DNA from: Bacteroidota bacterium
GTDB lineage: Bacteria > Bacteroidota > Ignavibacteria > UBA10030 > UBA6906
NCBI GenBank assembly: GCA_035687895.1
Contig: DASRUE010000044.1
Span: 3,555-67,554, forward strand
Reading direction: 5' to 3'
DNA length: 64,000 nt
The position numbers and the translations under genes are program-made. Under the pieces are notes generated by a model. The model worked only from the letters and a program-made list of their open reading frames with translations, had not been told where the DNA came from and searched no databases. This document shows positions 54,146 through 63,138 of the stretch, piece after piece; within the stretch, counting starts at the first letter, position 1, and every line of letters starts with the position of its first letter.

Positions 54146-56176
54146 ATGATCTTCTCTATGGGTAGTAGAGGTTACAGTAGAAAACTTGCGATGACGCAAA
54201 TGGGAGCGGTACTTCTTGTTACGGTGGCCTGCGTATCTGGCGCTCAAGAGAAGCCGCAAACCCTGCAGGTTGATGCGAACACTAATCTCGCCTCGCTGAT
54301 ACACGATGAGGACACGGATGGTGATCTGCGGATCACAGTAAACGACACCCTCGTTGGAGGCACTGGGCGTGGCGACAAAACATTCAGGCTCACTCTCACT
54401 AATACTCAACTGTTCGAAGTGACCGGCAGGTACCCACTTGCCAATCTCCTGCAGGAACTCAAACTCGCACAAGAGGCCGGGCACGATACAACAGAACTGA
54501 GGCTGGAAAAGGTTTTCGAGAAACCAGCTGAGCATATTTCAAGAAACATTCGCGACCGGTATTGGGATGGGCTCACGAGACGAATTGATGAACAGGGTCT
54601 ACACAAAATCGTGTCTGATGAGAAAAGCAAAACTGTGGATGGATTTTCGTACCTGTATGTTGCCGCCGCCGACACAGCGGCGTTCAGCTACTTCGTGGAT
54701 GTCGGGAGGCGCCATGCGAATTGGAAGCTGAACGTCGTGCGGTTGCCCGAACGCATTACGCCGCAATACGTCCGCAGTCTCAATGGTCGTCATGGAATTC
54801 TTACACTCTCCCTCAAGCGGGGAGGAGGAGACAGCCTGGACGGTGCTCCTTTCGTTGTGCCGGGCGGACGATTCAATGAAATGTACGGGTGGGACAGCTA
54901 TTTCATCGTGCTGGGATTGCTGCAGGACGGGCGGATTGAGCTTGCCAAGTCAATGATTGATAATGCGGTGTACGAGATCAACCATTACGGCGCCATTCTC
55001 AATGCCAACCGGACATACTATCTCACCCGGTCGCAACCTCCGTTCCTTACTTCGATGGCGTCGGAGTGCTACAAACATCTGCCACGAAATGAAGCCAATC
55101 GAGAATGGTTAAAGACAATTCTCGATGCGGCAATCCACGAATACCATCGCGTGTGGAGTAGCAGCTATCGTTTGACATCGATCGGCCTCAGTCGCTATTT
55201 CGACGCTGGGATTGGTGTCCCGCCGGAAGTTGAACAGGGACATTTCGATGCGGTATTCGCACGGTACGCAAGGAAGCTCGGCATAGGTGCAGAAGAGATT
55301 GAACAGGCGTACCGCTCAGGCACGCTCAAACTTCCAGAACTGGACGAGTATTTTGTACACGACAGATGCATGAGAGAGTCGGGACACGACACCAGCTATC
55401 GTCTCGAAGCGTGTTGCGCGGATGTGGCTACGGTGGATCTCAATTCCTTGTTGTTCAAGTACGAGATGGATATCGCTGTCCTCATCAAGCAAGAGTTCGG
55501 TGGGACGTTACTCCTCTCAGAGGGAAAAACAGAAAAAGCCTCAACGTGGGCACTGCGCGCAATCAACAGAAGGTTTCGCATGAATAACAACCTCTGGGAT
55601 GAGGGCAAGGGAATGTTTCTGGATTACGACGTTGTTCGAGAGAAAAGGAAAGAGTACGTCAGTGCAACCACCTTCTATCCAATGTGGGCTATGCTTGCCT
55701 CGAGGGAGCAAGTAGATATGCTCGTGAAAAAAGCTCTTCCGCTGTTGGAGATGCCTGGTGGGGTTGTGGCCTCAACAGAACAATCTCGTGGTCCTGTTTG
55801 CCCGGACCGCCCGTTACGGCAATGGGATTATCCCTATGGGTGGGCGCCGCATCAAATGTTAGTGTGGCAGGGCTTGATGAATTACGGATACGATAGCATT
55901 GCATATCGGCTCATTTATGAATGGCTGTACACCATTGCACGCAACGCGGCGGACTACAACGGAACAGTGACAGAAAAGTATGATGTCGTGAATCGAACAC
56001 ATCAAGTTTTTGTTGAATATGGAAACGTAGGAACAAAATTCGCGTACATCACGCGTGAAGGATTCGGCTGGACCAACGCCTCCTTTCAGGTCGGTCTCGC
56101 CCTGCTTTCGCCCGCACTCCGTGATAGTCTCAACGATTTGATTCCACCTGAAGTTGTCTTCAAAAGGGAAGGGTGA
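54146..56176 (+). CDS. GH37 trehalase with N-terminal neutral-trehalase-type Ca-binding region
   Basis: It has trehalase signature 1 (PGGRFNEMYGWDSYF) and signature 2 (QWDYPYGWAP). The N-terminus has EDTDGDLRITVND and ANLLQELKLA. A signal-peptide-like segment (MGAVLLVTVACVSGA) is present. The start may be 54191. Confidence 0.9.
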   Translation: MIFSMGSRGYSRKLAMTQMGAVLLVTVACVSGAQEKPQTLQVDANTNLASLIHDEDTDGDLRITVNDTLVGGTGRGDKTFRLTLTNTQLFEVTGRYPLANLLQELKLAQEAGHDTTELRLEKVFEKPAEHISRNIRDRYWDGLTRRIDEQGLHKIVSDEKSKTVDGFSYLYVAAADTAAFSYFVDVGRRHANWKLNVVRLPERITPQYVRSLNGRHGILTLSLKRGGGDSLDGAPFVVPGGRFNEMYGWDSYFIVLGLLQDGRIELAKSMIDNAVYEINHYGAILNANRTYYLTRSQPPFLTSMASECYKHLPRNEANREWLKTILDAAIHEYHRVWSSSYRLTSIGLSRYFDAGIGVPPEVEQGHFDAVFARYARKLGIGAEEIEQAYRSGTLKLPELDEYFVHDRCMRESGHDTSYRLEACCADVATVDLNSLLFKYEMDIAVLIKQEFGGTLLLSEGKTEKASTWALRAINRRFRMNNNLWDEGKGMFLDYDVVREKRKEYVSATTFYPMWAMLASREQVDMLVKKALPLLEMPGGVVASTEQSRGPVCPDRPLRQWDYPYGWAPHQMLVWQGLMNYGYDSIAYRLIYEWLYTIARNAADYNGTVTEKYDVVNRTHQVFVEYGNVGTKFAYITREGFGWTNASFQVGLALLSPALRDSLNDLIPPEVVFKREG

Positions 56177-56196
56177 ACCTATGGCAACTGTAGATC

Positions 56197-56376
56197 TCAG
56201 CACGTTCGAAAAAAACATAACTCAATGCCTCCGGGTCCATCGGATCCTGCAAGCATCCCGACGCCGAGGAAGAGCAACAGCACGGGGACGCCGAGGTTGT
56301 CCGAGAGTTTGGCAATCCCGATGCTGAGGAGGATCAATCCTGACGCGACAAGAAGAACGAGTTCGATGCTGATCAT
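56197..56376 (-). pseudogene. N-terminal fragment of a second NhaP2/CvrA-type antiporter gene
   Basis: MISIELVLLVASGLILLSIGIAKLSDNLGVPVLLLFLGVGMLAGSDGPGGIE is followed by 7 unrelated codons and a stop. A 29-aa stretch is identical to residues of the 49536..50996 product, but many synonymous DNA differences separate the two. Confidence 0.7.
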
Positions 56377-56474
56377 TGTTGTGCTGGTTTCTTTCTCAAG
56401 ATAACATGCCTGCGGGAAAAAACAAGGCGTTTGCAAGTCGGAACACTTTTTTCCTTATTTACCACCGACCGGTC

Positions 56475-57503
56475 ATGATCATCAACATCTCTCTCTTCGA
56501 ACGCCTGCTGCACCGTCTTCATCTGCTACCCACGCCGGTCGTTGATGCGTTTGGCAGTGTTGTGTTTGGCAGGGCATTGACGATTGCCGTTAGGCGCGGC
56601 GTGTTTGAAGCACTCGCCCACACCACGCGAATTGCTGAGGAAGTTGCACGAGCCACATCGCTGAGCCTTCAGGGAACAGAACTCCTTCTTGAGTCATGCG
56701 TCGTCGCAGGGTACATCTCTGCAGGGAACGGCCGTTACTCTCTCACGAGCGAGGCCCGGAAGTGGCTTGTGAAGGACTCACCGTTCTTCCTCGGCAACCT
56801 GATCCGCTACTTCGAGACGCTGTATGAACGCTGGGGCTATCTCGAACACTCGCTAGAACACGGCTCTCCTCCCCGAAGATACTATGAGAAGTTCACGGCC
56901 GAGGATTGGAAAATGTATGTGTACGGGATGCGCGACCTTGCCAGACTTCTGATGGATGATGTCATGCGTAAGATGGCCTTGCAGAACAGAGCTCTCTCGT
57001 TGTTGGATCTGGGTGGATCGCACGGGCTGTATGCCATGGAGTGTTGCCGTCGGTACCCGACACTCTCGGCAACAATCATTGATTTCGGGGAAGCACTTGA
57101 ACACACGAAAGAGATTGTGGGGCAGGATGGAATGAACGGCCGCGTGCAACTCTGCGCAGCGGATTTCACACAGATCGAACTGCCCCCGTTACAGGATTGC
57201 GTGTTGCTGTTCAATGTCATTCACGGTCTCCGTGATGACGAGAACCGGAGGCTCATCCAACGCGTGCTGAACACATTGAAACCGGGAGGCAAGCTCTACA
57301 TTCTCGATCAACTGCGCGAGGAGAGACGACGAACCGGTCTGGCTCAATTCATACCGCTCATGGTGGGATTGAACCTATTGAATGAAATCGGCGGGAACAC
57401 CTACTCATTCGAGCAAGTGAAGGCGTGGTGTGCAGGGGCGGGCAGGGTGAGAAGAATGCGACTGCGCCTTCCCGGGGTGACACTCGTCGAGGTGGTGATG
57501 TAG
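56475..57503 (+). CDS. class I SAM-dependent O-methyltransferase (family 2, with N-terminal dimerisation/wHTH domain)
   Basis: It has motif I LLDLGGSHG, IDF and LFNVIHG. The start is set at the internal ATG (MIINISLF...). Confidence 0.7.
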   Translation: MIINISLFERLLHRLHLLPTPVVDAFGSVVFGRALTIAVRRGVFEALAHTTRIAEEVARATSLSLQGTELLLESCVVAGYISAGNGRYSLTSEARKWLVKDSPFFLGNLIRYFETLYERWGYLEHSLEHGSPPRRYYEKFTAEDWKMYVYGMRDLARLLMDDVMRKMALQNRALSLLDLGGSHGLYAMECCRRYPTLSATIIDFGEALEHTKEIVGQDGMNGRVQLCAADFTQIELPPLQDCVLLFNVIHGLRDDENRRLIQRVLNTLKPGGKLYILDQLREERRRTGLAQFIPLMVGLNLLNEIGGNTYSFEQVKAWCAGAGRVRRMRLRLPGVTLVEVVM

Positions 57504-57513
57504 CAGCCTATTG

Positions 57514-59262
57514 TCACCGGATTTCCAACTGTTGTTCGATTCTTGTTGAACCCGCCTTGAGCCGGACCAGGTAGATACCCGGTGTCACTCCCTCCCCCAA
57601 TGCAACAATGTACGTTCCTCCCTGTTGAATCTCTTGAGCATACGTTGCTGCCAATCCTTCGCTTGAGTCGCTGCGTATGCGGAGCAGTTCGAGAGAAACA
57701 AACATCCTGCCGGCGAGCTTGTATGCGATCAACGTCCCTCCGCGGTCTGACGGAGAAACTGATGCCGACAGACTGGTGAAGTTCGAGAGCTTGCCGCTTA
57801 ACTCCACCATTTCTCTGATGACAGCAGTCCCGGTATTGGATGGTGAACTTTCGTTGTTTCCTTTGTCAAACGCAGTTACGGCATAATAGTAGCGCACAGC
57901 GCCGGGAGATTTGAGAGTATCCACAAAGTTGTTGAGTGATGAAGACGTCATCGCTGTGATGCTTGCAGGTTCGTCCACGGCGATCTTTGGTGAAGGCGAG
58001 CGGTAGATGTTGTAGAAGCGGGCTGTGTCGTGATCTCTTGCCGGAGGTGGCGGCGTCCATTCCAAATGGAACACTCCCGGAGCAATCTCCGCGACCGCAA
58101 GATTCTGTGGCTGGAGTGGGGGAATAGGATCCTTCCACGGCATCGGTGGGATGTTCGCGGGCGAAACATACCGTCCTTGAAGTACGTTGAAGTCTTTGAT
58201 ATGTTCGTAGCGAAAGAATGCTTGTCCGTCGAGTCCAACCGCCCGGACGGTATCGATCTCCTCGGCTATCTCTTCGAGTACTTCGGGTTTGTAGGCCCCA
58301 ATGCCTGCGTACACGTGCCGCCCGGTGGCGCTCGTTCTCCATTGTCTCGCCAGCTCAGCGAAATCCGGGTCGTCTGTGGATTCGCCGAGGTTCCAGTAGA
58401 TTTGAGGAACGAGGTAGTCTTGTTTTTTATTGCGGAGCCAGCCCTGAGAGTCCTGGTAGTAAGAATGATACGCACCCCACTTCCGCTCTCCCGACCCCAC
58501 GCTGAAGACCCCGAGAGGTGCGGATCCTATCTTGAGCATCGGTTTCATTGCAGTGGCAGCGTCATAAAACTCAGCAATGAACCGATCGATGTTTGCACGA
58601 CGCCAATCGTCGCGGTTCATTCCGTTCCCGTATCGACGGAATGATTCTGCGTCCGGGAACTCTCTTCCCGGGTAGCGGACGAAATCGAAATGCATCCCGT
58701 CGATATTGTACCGGCGCGCGAGTTCCAGGGAGACACGGAGCAAGTAGTTGCGGACATCGGGAATGCCGGGGTCAAGCCAGCCCTCACCGTCCTGTTCAAC
58801 AATCCACTCTGGATGTGAGCGGACAGGATGCTGCGGTGAACTCATTGCAACCACTCCTGGTCCTCGCACTTTGTAGACGTTGAACCAGGCGTGAAGCTCC
58901 ATGCCGGCGGCATGTGCTTCAGCCAGAAGAAACGCCAGCGGATCCCAACCTGGATCTCTACCGAGCGATCCGGTCAGGTTCTCAGCCCATGGCTCGTAGC
59001 TTGATCTGTAGTACGCATCGCCGCGTGCCCGGGTCTGAAAGAAAATGGTGTTGAAGTTTGCAGCTTTTAGCTCTGCCACCATGCGTCGCAAGGACGCTTG
59101 CTGCTCGTCTTTGTCATAGGTCTTGGGCCAATCCAATCCAGCGGCAGTTGTAATCCACACGGCACGCACTTCCCGTTTGGGTGAGGGGACCTGTTGCGAT
59201 TGCGCGCGAACGAATGATGCAAAAAGGAAAGTGACGAGAAGAACCGTTAACCGTGGGAGCAA
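57514..59262 (-). CDS. glycoside-hydrolase-like family 10 (GHL10/DUF187) protein with FN3-like region and T9SS C-terminal sorting domain
   Basis: REVRAVWITTAAGLDWP and a TIM-barrel pattern. The C-terminus GIYLVRLKAGSTRIEQQLEIR is typical of Por-secretion tails. The TTG at 59262 gives a clean signal peptide (LPRLTVLLVTFLFASFVRAQ). The longest ORF reaches 59340. Confidence 0.7.
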   Translation of the reverse strand: MLPRLTVLLVTFLFASFVRAQSQQVPSPKREVRAVWITTAAGLDWPKTYDKDEQQASLRRMVAELKAANFNTIFFQTRARGDAYYRSSYEPWAENLTGSLGRDPGWDPLAFLLAEAHAAGMELHAWFNVYKVRGPGVVAMSSPQHPVRSHPEWIVEQDGEGWLDPGIPDVRNYLLRVSLELARRYNIDGMHFDFVRYPGREFPDAESFRRYGNGMNRDDWRRANIDRFIAEFYDAATAMKPMLKIGSAPLGVFSVGSGERKWGAYHSYYQDSQGWLRNKKQDYLVPQIYWNLGESTDDPDFAELARQWRTSATGRHVYAGIGAYKPEVLEEIAEEIDTVRAVGLDGQAFFRYEHIKDFNVLQGRYVSPANIPPMPWKDPIPPLQPQNLAVAEIAPGVFHLEWTPPPPARDHDTARFYNIYRSPSPKIAVDEPASITAMTSSSLNNFVDTLKSPGAVRYYYAVTAFDKGNNESSPSNTGTAVIREMVELSGKLSNFTSLSASVSPSDRGGTLIAYKLAGRMFVSLELLRIRSDSSEGLAATYAQEIQQGGTYIVALGEGVTPGIYLVRLKAGSTRIEQQLEIR

Positions 59263-59395
59263 GGAAATTATGAGGTGAATGAACAAAGAATGCTGGCAAA
59301 ATATATGCACCTGGATGGCGAGAAGCAATAGGGTTCGCACTCCTCAGTGAGTTCGTTGAATCTCACGCGCGACCTGAGTATATTGATTCGTCCTC

Positions 59396-60769
59396 ATGAA
59401 GAAGATCCACACCAAATACGTCTGCCAGTCCTGTGCCTACGAATCGCCCCGATGGATTGGGAAATGCCCCAACTGCGGAGAGTGGAATTCCTTTGTCGAA
59501 GAACTGTCAGCCAAGGTATCGCGGTCAAGTCGTTCAGTGGTGGTAAAGGGTGCAGCAGGGCCGATCTCAATCGACGAGGTAAGCCTCGCAGCGGAGCCGC
59601 GAACCGCGACGCACCTTCCTGAATTGGACAGAGTCTTGGGTGGCGGCATTGTCCCCGGCTCAGTGGTATTGATCGGAGGCGAGCCCGGTATTGGCAAGTC
59701 AACTTTGATGATGCAGATGGCGTCGTCCCTTGGCGAAAGCGTCGTTCTCTATGTTACCGGTGAAGAGTCCGTCAACCAGATCAAGCTCCGCGCGAATCGC
59801 TTGGAGCGAAAGCCATCCAGAAAACTCCTGTTGCTTGCTGAGACCAACCTTGATGTGATTGATGCGCTCCTGGAAAAGAACACCCCCGATATCATCATCG
59901 TGGATTCGATCCAGACTATGTTCCGTCCTGACATGGAAAGCGCACCCGGGACTGTCAGCCAGGTGCGCGAAGCGACAGCCCAGTTCATGCGGTATGCAAA
60001 AACGCGTGACATTCCGGTGTTCCTCGTCGGTCATGTGACGAAAGAAGGAGTGATAGCCGGTCCGAAGGTAGTGGAGCATATGGTTGATGCTGTGCTCCAG
60101 TTTGAAGGGGAGCGCCATTACTCTTACCGAATTCTCCGCGCTATGAAAAACAGGTTCGGCTCGACCAATGAGATCGGTGTGTTTGAAATGCACGATGGAG
60201 GTCTGCGCGAAGTATCGAACCCGTCGGAGGTCTTTCTGTCTGAACGAAGGTCCGGCACCTCAGGCTCCGCGGTTGTGGCTAGCATCGAGGGGACAAGGCC
60301 GCTGCTGTTGGAGGTGCAGGCCCTGGTTGCACCCACCAGTTACGGGGTCCCGCAGAGAACCTCGACCGGTTATGACTCCAAACGTCTTCAGATGCTTCTG
60401 GCCGTTCTGGAAAAGAGGGCTGGCCTGCACGTAGGACAATTCGATGTGTTCGTAAATGTTGCCGGAGGAGTGAGAGTGGAAGAGCCTGCCGTTGACTTGG
60501 GGATGGCTCTCTCAATTGTGTCCAGCCTGCGTGATGTTCCCGTGGACCCATACACCGTGGTGGTTGGTGAAGTGGGGTTGGGGGGAGAAATCAGGACAAT
60601 CCACCAGATTGAGAAGCGGATCGGTGAAGCCAGGAAGCTCGGCTTTACAAGGCTGATCCTCCCGCGGAACAACTTGAAAGGCGTCCGACGGAACGGTGAC
60701 ATGACATTGACCGAAGTGGAGACGCTTGACCAGGCAATTGCAGCACTCTCCACGCGTTCCCCAACTTGA
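59396..60769 (+). CDS. radA: DNA repair protein RadA (Sms)
   Basis: It has the zinc finger CQSCAYESPRWIGKCPNCGEWNSF, the Walker A motif GGEPGIGKST, the KNRFG motif and a Lon-like C-terminal domain. Confidence 0.95.
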   Translation: MKKIHTKYVCQSCAYESPRWIGKCPNCGEWNSFVEELSAKVSRSSRSVVVKGAAGPISIDEVSLAAEPRTATHLPELDRVLGGGIVPGSVVLIGGEPGIGKSTLMMQMASSLGESVVLYVTGEESVNQIKLRANRLERKPSRKLLLLAETNLDVIDALLEKNTPDIIIVDSIQTMFRPDMESAPGTVSQVREATAQFMRYAKTRDIPVFLVGHVTKEGVIAGPKVVEHMVDAVLQFEGERHYSYRILRAMKNRFGSTNEIGVFEMHDGGLREVSNPSEVFLSERRSGTSGSAVVASIEGTRPLLLEVQALVAPTSYGVPQRTSTGYDSKRLQMLLAVLEKRAGLHVGQFDVFVNVAGGVRVEEPAVDLGMALSIVSSLRDVPVDPYTVVVGEVGLGGEIRTIHQIEKRIGEARKLGFTRLILPRNNLKGVRRNGDMTLTEVETLDQAIAALSTRSPT

Positions 60770-60795
60770 CGAGCCCCTCTGCTGGTTCCGCAGCC

Positions 60796-62142
60796 ATGAA
60801 TGTCCTCATAACAGTCGATGCCGTGGTGACGATGGATCCCGCGCGTAGGGTTGTGCAGGGAGGAGGCATCATTGTGAAAGGGAACAGAATTGACCGGGTT
60901 CTGACGCAAGCAGAATTGGGTGCGATGGCTCCATTTGAAGGCGAGGTAACACGCGCGTCCGGGTGTGTCGCGATCCCGGGATTTGTCCAGACCCACATTC
61001 ATCTGTGCCAGAGCCTATTTCGTGGGCTCGCCGATGACCTCGAGTTGTTGGACTGGCTGAAGCTCCGAATCTTTCCATTCGAGGCTGCTCACAACAGCCG
61101 CTCAATGCGAGTTTCCGCCCAGGCTGGTATCGCAGAGTTGCTTCGTTCCGGCACAACAACGATCATGGACATGGGAAGCATCCACTACGAAGAGGAGATC
61201 GTCGCGGCGATCAGCGAGAGCGGGATCCGCGCCTTCGTTGGCAAAGCGATGATGGATGAGAACACGCTCCACCCTTCCTTCAAGGAATCAACCAAGGATG
61301 CGCTTTCTTCGACGCTACAGCAGGCACAGCAGTGGCACAATGCTGCTGACGGTCGGATACGGTATGCCGTTGCTCCGCGGTTCGTCCTCTCTTGTACTGA
61401 TGAGCTTCTCACGCAAGCCTATGAAATGACGGGAGATTTTCCGGGCATGTTGTTCCACACGCATGCAGCCGAAAACCGGCATGAAATGAACTCTGTCCGG
61501 CAGAGATGCGGTATGGATAACGTGGAGTTCTTCGAATCGCTCGGAATCCTCCGGGCGAATACCTGCCTTGCTCATTGCATTTGGTTGAATGATCGCGAGG
61601 TCGACCTTATTTCGAAACGCCGGGCGAAGGTGGTTCACTGCCCGTCGTCAAACCTCAAGCTCGGGTCGGGGATAGCAAATGTTCCGCGACTTCTTCAGAA
61701 GGGCATCACGGTGTCCCTTGGTGCCGATGGGGCGCCATGCAACAATACACTGGATATGTTCCGCGAGATGCGGTTGGCAGCACTGCTCCAAAAGCCGCAG
61801 CACGGCCCACGTGCAATGGAAGTGAAGACTGTGCTCGAGCTGGCAACGCTTGGTGGAGCGAAGACTCTTGGAATGGATGACGAGATCGGGAGCATTGAAC
61901 CGGGAAAGAAAGCAGACATCGTGCTATTGGACCTTCATAGAGTATGGAATCAATATGCTGATCCATCCCCCGAACATGTCTACTCCACAATTGTATACTC
62001 GTGTTCTCCTGAGAACGTCCGTTCGGTGATGATTGACGGAAAATGGGTGTATTGTGAAGGCGCGCAGGTCACGCTCGACGAGGGGGCGATTGTTGGCGGT
62101 GCCCGAGAGGAACTTCGTCGTCTTCTGGGTCGTGTACGATGA
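60796..62142 (+). CDS. amidohydrolase, MtaD/TrzA-type nucleoside or aminotriazine deaminase family
   Basis: It has the metal-binding motif PGFVQTHIHLCQ followed by LFRGLADDLELLDWL, then HTHAAE, HCIWL and the GADG motif. Confidence 0.8.
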   Translation: MNVLITVDAVVTMDPARRVVQGGGIIVKGNRIDRVLTQAELGAMAPFEGEVTRASGCVAIPGFVQTHIHLCQSLFRGLADDLELLDWLKLRIFPFEAAHNSRSMRVSAQAGIAELLRSGTTTIMDMGSIHYEEEIVAAISESGIRAFVGKAMMDENTLHPSFKESTKDALSSTLQQAQQWHNAADGRIRYAVAPRFVLSCTDELLTQAYEMTGDFPGMLFHTHAAENRHEMNSVRQRCGMDNVEFFESLGILRANTCLAHCIWLNDREVDLISKRRAKVVHCPSSNLKLGSGIANVPRLLQKGITVSLGADGAPCNNTLDMFREMRLAALLQKPQHGPRAMEVKTVLELATLGGAKTLGMDDEIGSIEPGKKADIVLLDLHRVWNQYADPSPEHVYSTIVYSCSPENVRSVMIDGKWVYCEGAQVTLDEGAIVGGAREELRRLLGRVR

Positions 62143-62188
62143 CAACTGAACGGATTGGCTATGCCGGTGTTATTGCCCTAGCACTTGC

Positions 62189-62395
62189 GTGGGTGCGGCA
62201 ATCAATGGAGACGATCAGAGCCGGCCGCTGCGATATGTGGCGCTTGGATTTCTTCTCCTTGGCGCACTGGGGTCCGGCTCGCTCATGTGCTACGCACTTC
62301 TCCATGACGACATAGTATTCTCGATCCTGAACGGCCTTACAACTCTAGGCAGTCTTATCAATCTCTACTATAAACTGTTTCCCCGAACCTCATGA
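62189..62395 (+). CDS. small 2-3 TM membrane protein (possibly frameshifted; see findings)
   Basis: A GTG-started 68-aa ORF with two hydrophobic helices. An ATG at 62139 overlaps the upstream stop (ATGA) and opens another frame that encodes a helix-like MTTERIGYAGVIALALAWV. Confidence 0.45.
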   Translation: MGAAINGDDQSRPLRYVALGFLLLGALGSGSLMCYALLHDDIVFSILNGLTTLGSLINLYYKLFPRTS

Positions 62396-62985
62396 AGCAA
62401 CTCCTTCTTGCGACCAGAAACAAAGATAAGGTAAGTGAGCTGCACTCACTCTTGGTGGACGCTGATAGTGAGCTCTTGACATTAGATGAGTTCCCGCAGA
62501 TAGGTGAGACTGTCGAAGATGGTGAAACGCTGGAGGAGAACGCCGTGAAGAAAGCTCGCGAGACCTTTCAAGTAGCAAACATCCCCACCATTGCAGATGA
62601 TTCAGGACTGGAAGTGTACTATCTCAACAACGAACCAGGCGTGTATTCTTCTCGCTATGCCGGTCCAAGGGCAACCTATTCGGACAACTGCAAGAAGCTG
62701 CTCAAAAAACTGCGGGGCGTTCCGCCCCGCCGACGTGCGGCACGGTTTCGATGCGTGATTGCGTTCATGCCGACTGATGGTGTTGTGCGAACAGTGGAAG
62801 GCATCTGCCAAGGAGTGATTACCGAAATCCCTCGTGGAGAAAACGGGTTCGGGTATGATCCGATCTTCGTTCCGACCGGGCATTCCAAGACCTTGGCTGA
62901 AATGTCTACGGCATTAAAGAATACGTTGAGTCATCGAGCCAAAGCCATTCAAAACATTAGACCGATTCTTCGGCAACTCCTCTAG
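62392..62985 (+). CDS. rdgB: non-canonical purine NTP pyrophosphatase (RdgB/HAM1 family)
   Basis: LLLATRNKDKVSEL...IADDSGLEV...GENGFGYDPIF...SHRAKA. Confidence 0.9.
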   Translation: MKQLLLATRNKDKVSELHSLLVDADSELLTLDEFPQIGETVEDGETLEENAVKKARETFQVANIPTIADDSGLEVYYLNNEPGVYSSRYAGPRATYSDNCKKLLKKLRGVPPRRRAARFRCVIAFMPTDGVVRTVEGICQGVITEIPRGENGFGYDPIFVPTGHSKTLAEMSTALKNTLSHRAKAIQNIRPILRQLL

Positions 62986-63138
62986 CCTTCCGCTGACTCC
63001 GACTGCTGGGATTCGATGGCTCCACTTTTTCATCATGTTGATTCTCATAATCCTCCAACAAAGGTTGAAATTTCACTGTGGTGTTCTTATCTTGTTCAAA
63101 GAATTTAGCGAAACGAAGGCGCCATCCAAGAGCCATTA

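Noticed and set aside
49578-56340. The identical 29-aa stretch in the two NhaP2 N-termini as a recent segmental duplication or assembly repeat
   Set aside because: The DNA differs at many synonymous sites, so the copies are old or of different origin. This is not a collapsed or duplicated assembly repeat.
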